Below, in pieces: positions 50,801-64,000 of a stretch of DNA of 64,000 bases (positions are counted from its first letter, which is position 1; each line of letters opens with the position of its first letter). The translations under genes were made by a program, and so were the position numbers. Source of the stretch: Lama guanicoe (lineage: Eukaryota); the NCBI GenBank assembly GCA_013239625.1, contig MU054526.1:620001-684000 (forward strand), read 5' to 3'. The notes beneath the pieces are model-generated. The model was not told where the DNA came from, did not search any database, and saw only the letters and a program-made list of their open reading frames with translations.

Positions 50801-52283
50801 ATTCTTTGGGTACTACTACAAGCTCCTGACACTGGAGAAGCGCCTTATGAGTTGATCTCAGAGTCAGCCTTATGACCATATGAGGACAGAAAGTATGGGA
50901 AATTGTTTGGTACAGCTTCCCACTCATTAGACATCAGGAGTTTGCACTCGAGGAAGGCCTTCTGAGTGCAGTGAATATAAGTCTTTGGGTGAAACCTCAG
51001 CCCCGTTACACATGAGGGATTTCACAGCAGGGAAAGGCCTTACAAGTGCAGCAAAAATGGGCACATGTCCAACCAACACTTCCACCACATTCAGCACCAA
51101 AAAGTTCACACCAGTGGGAGTGCTGCAAATGGGGGAAGACTTCAGCAAAATGGATGCTCTCAGCTATCCCTAGGAAGTACTCTAAGATAGTGTCCTTTTT
51201 GTTTGTTTTTACATTTTTGATGGTGGTAAAATACATATAAGAAAGTTTACCCTCTATCTTTTTAATTTTACAGTTAGTGTGTTTAAAAATTCATATATTT
51301 GTGCAGCTCACCTCCAGAGTTCTCATCTTGCAGAAGTGAAACTAAACCCACTAAACAACAGCTCTTCCTGCTCCCTCCCTACCGGACCTGTCTCTCTGAA
51401 TTTGATTGCTCTGGACACTTGGCGTAGTTGCATTCATACATTTTCCATCTCTCTTCTGCTAGCCCGTGGGACGTGAAGCATCTGTTGGTGTGTCCTTCTG
51501 TTCTGGCAGGAGTCAGGGCTCAGCCACCCGAGACACAGGGCCGGCTGCTGGTGGGGTCAGTGCTATCTGCTAGATGTGAATGATACTTATACAGGAGATC
51601 TAGATTTTATGGAATCTTTATTACAGCTTTATTGAGGTAATAATGAACATTAAGCTGCATTTATGAAAAGGGTAAAATGTATTTTCACATATGTCTGCAT
51701 AATGGGACCACCAGCAAAGTCATGACAATGAACATGTCCCTTAGAGTCTCCACTGGCCCCTTTGTATCCTGTCTCTCCCAGCCCTAGCCAATCTGCCTTC
51801 TCTAGGTAGAAACTGTAGTTTGTAGTTTCTAGAACTTTTTATAAGTGGAATCCTACAATTACTCTTGTATGGTTGCTTTCACTAAGTGCGTATGTATAGT
51901 TTTAGTTTAATCCATGTTGTGTGTGCAAAAGCATGGCACCAAATAAGAATAAGCAAGGCTGTTATGTATTAGAGCCGCACGTTCTGACAGTCGCTCTGAG
52001 AAAAAGTTGTTTAAATTGGGAAAGTAGAGTTTAAGTAAATTTAAATTCAGTTTCATAGGAAATGATTATCTAAAAAATTTTTGAACCATCTGCCTTTTGC
52101 ACAAGCTCCCACTGACACATCTTTCTAGATTTTTCTTATTTGACTTTTTTTTTCTTGTAGTGTCCTCCAGCTATGTCTTTGTGTCATAAAAGTTCTTAGC
52201 ACATTCTAGCATTCATCATTTTTTGTGGTAAAATACACATAACATAAAAATTATCATCTACCACCTTTAACTGTTCAGTTTTG

Positions 52284-52500
52284 TGATATATTAGGATCTC
52301 CAGAGAAACAGAACCACCACTGTGTTTGAGTGTACATGCATGTATGCAGAGAGAAACAGAGCAGGGGGAGATATTTTAAGGAATTAGCTGACGTGGCTGT
52401 AATGGCCTGGGAAGTCCAAAATCTGCAGACGAGGCCAGGAGGCTAGAGACCCAGGGAAGAGTTACAGTTCAACACCGTAGGCAGTCTGCTGGTAGAATTC
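52284..52500 (-). mobile_element. MLT2-like LTR fragment
   Basis: TATTAGGATCTCCAGAGAAACAGAACC...AAGGAATTAGCT...AAGTCCAAAATCTGCAG. Confidence 0.7.
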
Positions 52501-54167
52501 CTTGTTTGAGCTCCTCTTTTTATCTTGTATCCTCAAACAAGGTGGCTCTTTTGAGAAAATCAACATGTACACAGGTCAACATGCGTTACAGAACAGGAAA
52601 TCAAGAGAATCACTTTGGAGTGAGAACTAGGAAACAATCACAGATGCCACCGCCTGGCTGCATTTTTAAAACCCCAATGTGCCAAAATAATGACAAAATT
52701 GACTAAGATAATTATGTCTAAATTTAAAGCTTTCTGTTTCACAAAGCTCGTGACAGTCAAAATTTAGAGATTTGAGGGGCTGAGAGAAGATACACTATCT
52801 AAATGTGCCTATTTTTAGATAATTTTAGACATACAAGTTTTAGATTCCTACTAAGAAGTAAGTCAAGACCCTAGAAATGAACAAAACAGGAGCAGACAGG
52901 ACTTCTGTTTTCTGGCATGTAAGAAGCTGGAAGTTGCCACTGCATCCTAACAGCAAGTAAACATCTGAAAATATTGGAAAATCAACCAGTCTTGTTAGAG
53001 TCATGGGGCAGAGTACAGCCCTCCGGATCAGAGTGAGCACCAGGGGAATTCAGAGAATGACAGGAACCGAGCAGCTGAGCCCTGTCCTCTGGAAGCCCAG
53101 TCCCAGGACACCCAGTGCTGGGGCAGGAAAACCTAAGCTGAGCGTGACGAACGCTGGAGGTGCAGTGTGAGTGCATCTGAGAGAGGACAACTCCAGGGGC
53201 ACTCAGTCTCAAGGATCCCCATAATTTTGTGAGGTTTCTTCATAGTGAGTATCAGAGAAACGTGCCCTTGTGCCCAGGGAGAGGGAGAAAGGCACCATTT
53301 TGAAATACGTCAGAAAGTTCTGTTCTTAACAAGTCTGCTCTCAGAAGCAGCTCATCAACCAGAGCCTGACAGACGTGAGGGAAGGGAAGTCCCGGCTCCA
53401 GCCCACTCTAGCCATCTAGTCCCACCTAGGTGGGGGCAGTGGAGCTGGGGAGAATGTAGCAAACTCATAGTTGAGAGGGAAAGGCTCACTAATCAAGACC
53501 TAGTCCTAGTACTATGGCATGCCTCCCCTCCTCCCACAACTTGCCACCACTTTGCTAAAGGTGTATTTTCAGAATTTCCTTTTCCCAGTACATCATGTCT
53601 AGCTATAAATAAAGAATTACAACACATACTAAGGCTAAAAACAAAATTTGAAGAGACTTGCAAGCATCAGGACCAGACTCAAGACATGGCAAGGATATTG
53701 GTATTACCGGACCAGGGGTTCAGATGATAAGAGCTCTGATGGATAAAGTAGACAGCATTCAAAACAGATGGGTAAACAGACTCACAGACATAGAAAACAA
53801 ACTTATGGTTACCAGGGCAGGAAAGGCGGTGGTGGGAAGGGATAAATTGGGAGTTAGAGATTTGCTGATACTAACTACTATATATAAAAGAGATAACAAG
53901 ATTCTTCTGTAGCACAGGGACCTATATTCAATATCTTGCGGTAACCTATAATGAAAAAGAATCTGAAAATGAATGTATGCATGAATATGCATGATTGAAA
54001 CACTATGTTGTACAACAGAAATCAAAACATTGTAAACTTACTAGACTTCTATTTACAAAAAAAAGAACAGATGGGTAACATAAGCAGTCAGATGGGAATT
54101 CTAAGAAAAGAATGTGACACCAAAAACACAAAAATGAAGAATGTCTTTAATGAGTTTGAGCAGACTG

Positions 54168-54511
54168 GGGAGGGAGGTGCAAAGATGGCAGAGTAGAGAG
54201 ACTCACAGGTCGCCCTCTCCCACAAATGCCCCAAGAGTTACATATACAGACCCACTGAATCACAACACCTACTGAACTCTGGCAGAATGTCTTTCACTTC
54301 GAAATACAAAAGGATTTTCACAAAATCTGATAAACAAGTTTATACTGTATACAGCACAGGGAACTATATTCAATATCTTGTAGTGACTTACGGTGAAAAG
54401 AATACGAAAATGAATATATGTTCATGTATGACTGAAGCATTATGCTGTACACCAGAAACTGACACAACATTGTAAACTGACTATAACTTAAAATATATAT
54501 ACATTATATAT
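54168..54511 (+). mobile_element. Bipartite L1 element: 5' end fused directly to 3'UTR
   Basis: GGGAGG...AAGATGGCAGAGTAG (L1 5' start with YY1-type site) joined at 54329/54330 to ATAAACAAG...CAGCACAGGGAACTATATTCAATATC (3'UTR); flanked by AGACTG (54162-54167 / 54512-54517). Confidence 0.7.
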
Positions 54512-54657
54512 AGACTGAACATGGCTGAGGAAAGCATCTCTGAGCCAGAGGGTATCTCAACAGAAATAGCCAAAACTGAAAAGCAAGCAAACCAAAAAAG
54601 ACTGAAAACACAGAATATCGAAGAACTATAGGACAACAGAAAAGGTGTAGCAGATGC

Positions 54658-54851
54658 NNNNNNNNNNNNNNNNNNNNNNNNNNNNNNNNNNNNNNNNNNN
54701 NNNNNNNNNNNNNNNNNNNNNNNNNNNNNNNNNNNNNNNNNNNNNNNNNNNNNNNNNNNNNNNNNNNNNNNNNNNNNNNNNNNNNNNNNNNNNNNNNNNN
54801 NNNNNNNNNNNNNNNNNNNNNNNNNNNNNNNNNNNNNNNNNNNNNNNNNNN
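54658..54851. other. Assembly gap
   Basis: Run of N. Confidence 1.
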
Positions 54852-55819
54852 GTGACTGAGAATTTCCTCCAATTCACGTCAGATGTCAAAGTACAGATCC
54901 AGGAAGCTCAGAGAATACCAAGCAGGAAAAATGCTAAAACAAAAAAACATCTAGGGATATCATTTTCAAATTACAGATAATCAAAGATGAAGAAAAACAT
55001 CCTGAAAAAGTCAGAGGAAGAAAACACCTTGCCTACAGAGGAGCAAAGATAAGAATCACACCCAACTTTTCAGAATCCATGCAAGCAAGAAGAGAGTGCA
55101 GTGAAATAAAGTGCTGAGAGAAAAAAGTCCAGCAACCTAGAATTCTTAACCCTGCAAAATTATCCTTCAAAAGTGAAGAAGAAAGAAGATTTTCTCAGAC
55201 AAGCAAAAAAAAAAAAAAAGAGAGAGAGAGAATTGGTTGGCAGTAGTCCCGCCTTGGGAGCAATGTTAAAAGCTCTTTAGAGAGAAGGAAGATGATACAG
55301 GTCAGAAGCTCAGACATGTGAAGAAAGGAAGCACATCAGAGAGGGAATAAGTGAAGGTAAAACAAAACCCAGTTTTCTTATTCTTGGCCTATCTAACAGA
55401 TTAGGGCCGAGAGCTTCTCTTTTATCTCCTTCTTTCCAGTTACCTTCAGCTCAAATAATCCTTATGCTTTGGAGAGTATATTCTGCTTCTTTTCATTAGC
55501 AACTGTTGAAATGAAACCTTGGACCCAGGCTGCATTAACAATTATATCTAAAGTTTCTCTGAAGTCCCAGTAAGTTCCAGCAAGTATTTACTGGATTTTT
55601 AAAAAGTTTATGGTGCATATGACCCAGAGTTACATGACTTAGAGAGCTTGTATACCTGTCGGTTAGAACCTCAGATGCTGGATCCTGAATGGCAAAACCT
55701 GGCTGTACTCATACAGAAAGGTTACTATGGGGTCCCTCTTTCCAAAATAATCCTGAGTTTACAAAAAGGCCAAAACATTAAAGTGTCTGAAAAACCATAC
55801 CTGAAACATTTCTAATAAA

Positions 55820-56410
55820 AATTAATTGAACCAGGTGGCTGCTATCAAAAAACAGAAAACAAGAAGTGTTGGCAAGGATATGGATAAAGTGGAACCCTGT
55901 GCATGTTGGTAGGGATTTAAATTGGTGAGTCACTATTGAAGAGCATGGTGGTCCCTGGAAAAACAATTTAAATAGTGTTACATATGATCCAGCTACTCTA
56001 CCTCTAGGTCACACACCGCCCCTCAAAAAATTGAAAGCAGGTTGAAGAGATAGTTCTACACTCATGTTCATGGCAGCATTATTCACAACAGAAAACATGT
56101 GAAAGCAACCAAAGTGTCAACTGAGATGAGTGGATAAAGAAAATATGATAAATGCTTCAATGAACTATCACTCAGCCTTAAAATGGGAAGAAATTCTTAC
56201 CTATGTTACAAAATGGGTGACCCTTGAAGACATTATGGTAAGTGAAGTACACTTGTCCGAAAACACATCTGTGCTATTCCGCTTAAATGACGTCCTTAGA
56301 ATAGTCAGACCCGTTGGGCAGAGGGCAGAACAGACTGCTGGTTTCCAGGGACTAGGGGGAGGGAGGATGGGAGTTGTTTACTGGGTACACAGACTCAGTT
56401 TTACAAGAGG
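55820..56410 (+). mobile_element. Old L1 3' fragment
   Basis: AAGTGTTGGCAAGGATATGG...CATATGATCCAGC...GCAGCATTATTCACAAC. Confidence 0.8.
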
Positions 56411-57419
56411 TCGGCTGCACAACAGGTCATCCCAGCCTGTCACTTCTGCACAGCTCTCCTTCAGAGTAAACAAACCAAACAGTAGGATTTCAAATAACCC
56501 ACAGACTTCTCCCATCTCCCATCCCTCAACTGAAACACTGGCATTTTTAGCTGAGTGACAGTTTCCACTCCCTGCATTACCTGCCCTTTCTCAGAACACT
56601 GGTCATTTCCATTGTGGATAAAGGCCAAGTAAGGACGCGAGGCGCTCCGGGAAATGGAGTTCTGGGGCTGTAAACCTGGCAGGGCTCTGCTGGCTCTTCA
56701 AGGGGTCGTATCCAGATTTCCTCAGAGTGCCGTCTAGGGTCTTAGTAGAAGCTACAGAGGTGTTTACAGACTTGTTATTTCAGACTCCGTGAATCGCAGA
56801 TATTTCCAAAGACTGCGCACAGAAAGGGAGCCACCACACCGCGATGTTACTCAGCATCCTCTCATAGCTGTCAGCTATCTTGTTGCTTGTCAAAAACATC
56901 ATGCACACTTTCGCTTTTTATGAGTTTCAGTAGGTTCACTCAAGCGCAATGTGAAAAGCCCCCAGACAGGGCTTATGATGGAGAACTTGGAAAGGGGTGT
57001 CTGGAGGCAGCAGAGTAGCCAGAAAGGGTGATGTTGTGTGTCTGGTTCCCATGGAAAACATTTCTCCTGTTGGATGGTGTTCCAACCTAGCAAACAACAT
57101 TGCTATTTAAGATAAGACTGATTACTTCATATCTGAGAGCTCTTTAAGAATGTGAAACCTCTCTAAAAGAAGAGGAACTTATCACATGCCATCTTCTGCC
57201 AGGACAGTGTGTGCCTTTCTGAGAATTTGACCACGTGTGCAAAGGGGGCATCTTATCCCTGACATAAAGGTTTGAGATTCCATGATCTCATCCCCTTGCT
57301 GGAAAGTGGTTTTTCATTTTGCCTGGAATTGCAGCAACAGTATCTACACAGGGAGTTGAGATAATCTCTGGAAAAAACACTGTTAAATGGATATTACTAA
57401 ACATTATTAATAATAATTT

Positions 57420-57457
57420 TGTCATTTTTCAAGGAATGTGTCATTTTTCAAGGAATG
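57420..57457 (+). repeat. 19-bp tandem duplication (TGTCATTTTTCAAGGAATG x2)
   Basis: Directly visible. Confidence 0.85.
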
Positions 57458-58028
57458 GTTCTAGGGAAATTTATCTGTGACAGTGAGGGGAAAAGTTAAG
57501 ATCACAATGAAGTCTGAGCAAGAGTCGCTGAGTCTGAGAAGTCAGAGAATGAAGCTGAGATTTCAGAGCTTGCTGAGATCTCAGCCACACTCAGAGTTTG
57601 GTTCAAAATGTGATTATTTTTAATACTTGAAAACATTCTGCATTAACAGCTTGGAAGAAGAGGTAAAGATAATATTTAAAAAGAGTTGCCAATGAGGTAA
57701 AAATAAATAGAGAAGTTGTACTGTTGTTTGTTTACGGATGCACAAATGTTCAGTGAACGCTAACCAGGTTTCAGGTACAAGAGTGGGTGATGACACACGT
57801 TGGGAATAGGACCGCCCACGTTCTGTGCACACGACACATGGCCTGTAGCCTGTATTGACATTTTAGGACACACTAAATATCCTGTATTTAGCTTTTTACA
57901 ATACATTACAAAAAGTCAGCAGTTGGAGCAATTTTTTCTCACTGTAATTGGCAACGAATCACTTAGTGGCAATATTAGTTCATAAACATATCCCCATAAC
58001 CTTCTGGACAATGCCTTACAGCCTCTCC

Positions 58029-58597
58029 TGAGGGTTCGGCTAAGGAAGAAAAAAAGGGGACTGTGAAAGAGTTAATTTTTCATAACAGGAAAGGCAAAGA
58101 CTGTTCTTTAGCCCAATTCCAAAGTCTTGAGCAAGAAACTATGGTTTATTAGCGATAACTTCAGATGGCCTCTGACCGCCAGCCAGTCCGCAACAGCCTC
58201 ACCCCAGGAAACTCAAGCTTCTGAACATTAACAAATGACTGACAGCCCCAAGCTGCTAAAATTCAGCCAATCAGTGTTCAGACCACAGGCCTGAAAGACA
58301 GCCAATCAGTGACAGCCCCAGCCCCTAAGTAACAGCCAATCAGCAAGCGCCTCACTGTAGCAACCCTGCTCCTGAAAATCTGCAAGTCAACAGGCGTGAG
58401 CAGACAAACACACCTGGAAGCCCATCCTTCCTTAAATACGCGCCTTTCGGAAGGTCTGCCGTCTTCTGAGCGCCGCCCTCCCCAAAGCTTACGTGAGAGT
58501 TGCTCCGGCATTTTTGGGGGTGACTGTCTGACAAGTAGAACTCTCCCTTGCAGGCAAACAGAAAGTTCACCTTTTTTGCCTGTTTGTTTTGGTATCA
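58029..58597 (+). mobile_element. ERV LTR
   Basis: TG start, three CAGCCAATCAG repeats, TATA-like CTTAAATA, ends GGTATCA. No TSD confirmed. Confidence 0.6.
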
Positions 58598-59039
58598 GAT
58601 ACCGAGTTCAGTGTATTGTTAGTTCACAAATTTGCAAACCTATTAATAGTTCAACCTCTGTCAACACTTAGTTATGAGTCTGGACTTGTGACAGACAGTG
58701 ACACAGATGTGAGACTGAAAAGGCGATTTTTCTATTCTTGCTGAAGTTGGTATTATCTGTTTTTTCTGCATACTGAACACAAAAATGCCAAAATCCAAGT
58801 GTACATTTTGTGATGAATTTCCTGAAGAGTGGGTATTTAGTAAATGTGGTAAAAACCCTCTTCAAGGTCTCTGTCTGGTATGCAATTGTTCATTCAGTGT
58901 TGAAAATGATGGACAGATGTAAACCAACATTATTAACAGTTAAGCATGAGAGATTTATGACTTCTTCAACTAGTAACAAAGCAAGTGAAAAAATAATTTT
59001 TAAGAGAAAGATTAAAAAGGTAAAACTGTAACAGGTGTA

Positions 59040-60955
59040 AGGAGATTCCACACTGTGCATCACCGGTCCTCCAGTTCACACTAGTCAACGTGCAGTGGAC
59101 AGAAGGACAGGATAAACTGGACGTGCCCAGTGTGGAAGCCATGCTACAGCCTACTACGCTTATGTGGAGGTCCCACTGAGACATGGTCTGCCCTGCCTTC
59201 CACTAGGGGCAGGAGCCACAGAAGTCCCTTGTGCCTTGCTGCTCAAGGCAACTTGAATCGTGAAGATGTGGTAAATCAGCAGAGGGTCTGAACTCTACTC
59301 TGTACTGAGCTTCCTGGCTTTTCATTCTCAGTTTGACTCTTGGGTTTTGCTGTTAGTTCCCAGTTGTTTGTGATCCTTGGTCAATCAGGGCCTTCCTTCT
59401 CATGCCTTTTGCTGTCCTCTGAGCTAGTGTTTTGTTCTGTGCTGTCAAAGTGTTGTTTGTCATAAGAAGCTGAATCAGGGGGTGGAACACAGTCACTGCC
59501 CTGTAATCCTGTTGTTCAAGCCAGCCTCATAGACAGGCGGGTCTGCAGTTCTCACTGGACTGGAGGCTACATGGACAGGCTTTGCTGTGGGTCACCAGTA
59601 AACCGAATGAGATCTCCTTCCATCTTAAGATTTTTGTATTGAGAGCTGGGCTATAATCTAGAGAGAGTACTCTCTCTGGCATCCACATGCCAGGGGACCA
59701 CTGTGGGGCTGTGCAGTGAGATGGCCACCATCAGGTTAGGGGCCTGAGGTCCACAAGCATCACATTCCTACTGACCACTGCCTGCCCTCTGAGGTGGTCT
59801 CAGTCTAAATCCTCTCCTCTCCCAAGAAAAATTCCTGTATTTCATATTCCTGTTACAATCCTGACTCTTAGCCTCTTTCTGAGCAGCATAACTATACCAA
59901 GGATGATTTGGACTTTCAACGGCCACTCTGGGGGACACCTTATTTGAACAAAAGGGTTCATTTGAAAGGTACCTTTGAAAATAAGAATTCTCAGGCCCAA
60001 AGGATAGTATTGTTTATTAATATGCAGAGGCCTCCAAATTAAATTCTGAAATAAAAATTACACCACTAAAAGATTCTTTGGCCAAAGCTAACGACCAAGT
60101 CGACAAGCTTCAGCAGCAACAAAGGAGACTCATCCCCTAGGAGGTCCTCCATCTCTCTGTCCTCCGGCTGCTGCCCACAGCCAGCTGTCTTCCCGCCTCA
60201 TCCTCTGATCTCTCTCCTCAGCACCTCCTTCCCTACTCTACCCGCTGTGCAGAAGCCAAGCTGACACTGGGTGTCTGCAGTAAAGTAAGGGTTTCCTGCA
60301 GGGCGTTAAACAAGGGAGTGGGAGACAAGTCTCAGATCCACTCCAACTTGGCCTTTGAGTTAGGGCTTTTAAAGGAGAAGAACAAAGAAGCCAGGGCTAA
60401 CCATCACCTTGTGATGTTTCTGAGTCACAGTTTCAGGAATCAGGTTGCTTGTATGAGTCTCTGGTCTGGTGGGCCTTGTAATCCCCTTGTAATTTCTCCT
60501 TTTACCCATAGGATATTTGGCAATGTGTGGTTTAGTAAGTCTCTCACTATCAAACTTGCAGGGATGGTATCACAGAGCAGGAGGGTAAAACGCTCTCAAG
60601 TTTTCAGTCAATGGCCCAACAATGATGAGTTCTCTACCCACAACAGCCCCCTTAGCAATCCTGCAGGCAGGCCATGTGGGAAGATCATGTCTGAAGAGTC
60701 AGCCAGTCTGCACACCACTGAGAGTGGTGCAGATCCCGACCTCCTGCCTCGATGATTCGCTGAGATTCTTCCCCCTTTTCCCCTTTAAAAATGGTCATGG
60801 CTAAGCAGAATCTTCGGAGTTAGCCTTGGGATATGCTTCCACCTACCCCCCAGACTGCCGGCTTTTCCGATTACAGCAACTTTCCTTTCTACCAACACTT
60901 GCCTCTCATGTACTGGCTGTTGAGCTGCAACCAGCCGAACCTAAATTCGGTAACA
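59040..60955. mobile_element. ERV internal-leader and LTR fragments
   Basis: Leader/gag-like remnants (~59900-60130). LTR end CCCTTTAAAA...CAGCCGAACCTAAATTCGGTAACA. Confidence 0.45.
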
Positions 60956-62168
60956 ATTCCTGGTAGGTATGGATGGAGGCTTCTCTTTCTACATTAAACA
61001 CCAATGGCTTAGCTCAGTCTCTTCCTCCGAGTGGAAGGTATTTCAAACAACCCACGGATTTCCTCCATTTCAACAGTAACACTTGGGCCACTGACTGAAG
61101 ACTTAAGAGCATCCGTCCTGCTGTGTGATACTGTCCCTGAAAATCTGATCAGGAGAGACAATGAACCACACATCGCCAGATATCTGATGGGTAAAAGGAG
61201 AAGTTACAAGGGAAACGTTAAAAACAAGTATTTTGAACTACATGCAAATAAAGATGCTACATCGAAGAGCTGACGTGACACAGCTAAATTAAATAATTAG
61301 AGGGACATGTATGGCTTTAGCCAGCTTATTACAAAAGGAGAAAAATGTCAACAGCCTAACCTTCGATGTGAAGAAACCTGGAGAATAAGACCAAACCAAC
61401 ACTAAAGCAAGGATGAAAAAGGGGGCCCATAAAGATTAGAACAAAACTCACCGAGACAGAAAAAACATTTTTTTAAAAATCAGTGAAAACAAAAAAAGCC
61501 AGTTCTTTCAAAAGATGAATAAAAATTTTAGGTTGGCTGACAAGAAGACAACAAATCAACAAAATCAAGAATGAGGACACTACTGGGCCTCCAGAAATTC
61601 AGTGCTATAATGGAATACTATAAACATCCTCCTCCCAAATGAGAAAATCTAGTTAAAAGTGGACAAATTCCTAGAAAGACACAAATTACCAAATGTGACT
61701 TAAGTAGAAAATTTATATAGAGGCACATTAAGTTATTTTTATCAAAAATCTTCTGCCAAGAAAATTCCAGACTTAGATGCCTTCACTAAGGAATTCTAGC
61801 AAACATTTAAAAAAGAAGTATCATTAATCCTTCAAAAATGTTTCTAGAAAATAAGGAGAGGAGGAGGAAGCACTTCCCAACTTATTCTGAGCTCAGAATT
61901 ACTCTGGTAGCAAAGTCAGTATCACAAGAAAAGAAATCTACAAACCTATTACTGCGCATCTATATAGATGCGAAATATACTGATTAACAAAGTGTCAGAA
62001 ACCGGACTCAGCAACCTATACATCATGATCCAGTGGGATCCGTCCCGGGAAATGCAAGTTTAGTTTAACATCTGGGTGTCAATTAATGGGATATACTGTA
62101 TAAATAAAAGACAACAGCAGCAACAAAAAAACAGCCACACAACGATCATCCCAATAAATGGAAAACAC

Positions 62169-62297
62169 NNNNNNNNNNNNNNNNNNNNNNNNNNNNNNNN
62201 NNNNNNNNNNNNNNNNNNNNNNNNNNNNNNNNNNNNNNNNNNNNNNNNNNNNNNNNNNNNNNNNNNNNNNNNNNNNNNNNNNNNNNNNNNNNNNNNN
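62169..62297. other. Assembly gap
   Basis: Run of N. Confidence 1.
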
Positions 62298-62839
62298 ATG
62301 TTTAAAAGTGATCCAGACACAGATCTTACACCTTTCACAAATATTTTATCACAAAAGTATAACACACCTAGAAGGTAACACAGAAGACAATGTAGGTGAT
62401 CTTGAGTTTGGCAATGACTTTTTAAGATACAACACCAAAAACACAATCCATCAAAGGAAAGCTCAGTAATTTGGACTTCACTAAAATTTAAAATCTCTGC
62501 TCTGCCAAAGAAACCGTTACAAGAATGTGAAAAGATATTCATCATACGTCATCAGGGAATTGCAAATTAAAGCAACAAGAGCATACTATTAGTACACAAC
62601 TATTTGAATGGTAAAAATCCAAAACACTGAGAACACCAAATGCTGATGAGGACATGAAGCAACAGGAACTCTCACCCATTGCTGATGGGAATGTAAAATG
62701 ATACCGCCACTTTGGAAGACAGTCTCTTACAGAACTAAACAAACTTATCATATGACACAGCAAACCATGCTCCTTGACTTGACCCCAAATGAATTGAAAA
62801 TCACTAGAACAAAACCTCCACACGAAACCTATACAGATA

Positions 62840-63009
62840 NNNNNNNNNNNNNNNNNNNNNNNNNNNNNNNNNNNNNNNNNNNNNNNNNNNNNNNNNNNNN
62901 NNNNNNNNNNNNNNNNNNNNNNNNNNNNNNNNNNNNNNNNNNNNNNNNNNNNNNNNNNNNNNNNNNNNNNNNNNNNNNNNNNNNNNNNNNNNNNNNNNNN
63001 NNNNNNNNN
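62840..63009. other. Assembly gap
   Basis: Run of N. Confidence 1.
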
Positions 63010-64000
63010 AAATACCCACTGACAGCTGAATGGATAAAAAACCAGCTGTGGCATACCCACACAGTGGAATAATACTCCATGATACAAATGCGCTAACTGT
63101 TGATACATGCAACAAATGGATTCATCTTGAAACAGTTATGGTTAGTGAAAAATACCAGTCCCCACTCCCCAGAAATTACCTACCACATGACTCTGTTTAT
63201 GTGAAATTCTAGAAAATGCTTGCTATTACTTGTGAACTGTGGGAATGGAGCTTAGAAAGGATGGGAGGAAAGGACTATAAAGGGACACAGGGACTCTTGG
63301 TTGTGTTGGATAGCTTCATTTTGATTGTGGGGATGGTTTCATCCATATGTACCCATGCTGAAACATAACATGTTTTACACTTTACACATGTGAGGTTTAT
63401 TCATGTCACCATATCTCAATAAAGCTGCTAAGAACTAAATGTTCCCCATAAAAGTCCGTATCTACCTCTCCTTCTGAAAAGTACCATCGATCAACTGCTC
63501 TGGTTCTACCATATCCCTCTCCCCACAATTCGGGAGGGTGAGCCCTGCCTCTGTATCAGTAAAAACTGGAGAGCAGTGAAGTCCACGTCCACTTCAGTCA
63601 CCAGGCATGCTGGCTGGGTCAGAGAAGGCCCTCTCTTCTGTCAGTGCTGGGGTTCTGCCCGAGGCAGTGATGGCCATTACACCAATAGCCCAGGCAGGTA
63701 CTCAAATCTGCAAATCTTCAGATTATTTACTCTGACAGTGGCATTGGCCACAGGAGATCGAGATGCCTGCAGGTCCTGAGACCTTCTGTACACCTTCATG
63801 CCACACAGCTGAAATCACCCAGTTAGAGATGCCTGCTTTAGAGCAGACACGCATCCTCTCATTAGCCAGTCACCCCAACGCTGTGACCTCAGTGCTTCTA
63901 CACCAGCTGTGATTCCCACCTTGTCCTTCACCTTCCAATCAATGATACCAGCCTACGGGCTTCTGGACATCAGGGACTGGCTCCCATACAGGTCCAGGAA

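Larger units (their letters stand above)
52900..55400 (+). mobile_element. Old L1 5' region/ORF1 remnants with younger nested insertions
   Basis: CAGGAAGCTCAGAGAATACCAAGCAGG and CCTAGAATTCT...AAATTATCCTTCAAAAGTGAAG are ORF1 C-terminal motifs. Nested L1 3'UTR at 53760-54065. Confidence 0.75.
61150..63430 (+). mobile_element. Old L1 ORF2/3' fragments spanning two assembly gaps
   Basis: GGACAAATTCCTAGAAAGACACAAATTACCAAA and GAATTGCAAATTAAAGCAAC; ends CTCAATAAAGCTG. Confidence 0.8.

Noticed and set aside
54504-63115. ORFs containing X runs
   Set aside because: Artefacts of translating through assembly gaps.

Overview
Mammalian genomic DNA, most likely camelid, judging by the many tRNA-Ala-derived vic-type SINEs and artiodactyl-type L1 3' ends. 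The window lies in the KRAB zinc-finger (KZNF) cluster of the ZNF547/548/17/749/772 subfamily (human 19q13.43 equivalent). It holds one intact gene (A: ZNF17-like, + strand, coding exons 4441-4455, 10052-10178 and 11363-12846, about 541 aa, 9 intact C2H2 fingers). It also holds a heavily decayed KZNF pseudogene (about 24.0-29.5 kb, +) and a head-to-head pair sharing a mirror-symmetric CpG-island promoter. That pair is gene B (-, frameshifted, KRAB-A donor lost) and gene C (+, ZNF548-like, premature TAG in the last exon). The rest is L1, LTR and SINE sequence with three assembly gaps. The most notable points are: a first-exon/intron cassette of about 400 bp that looks homogenised among three old paralogues; possible KRAB-only or finger-poor products from the bidirectional pair; several orphan KZNF promoters; and a 344-bp element that joins an L1 5' end directly to an L1 3'UTR at a splice-like junction. 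Gene names rest on recalled human protein motifs, not a database search, and percent identities are estimates by eye.
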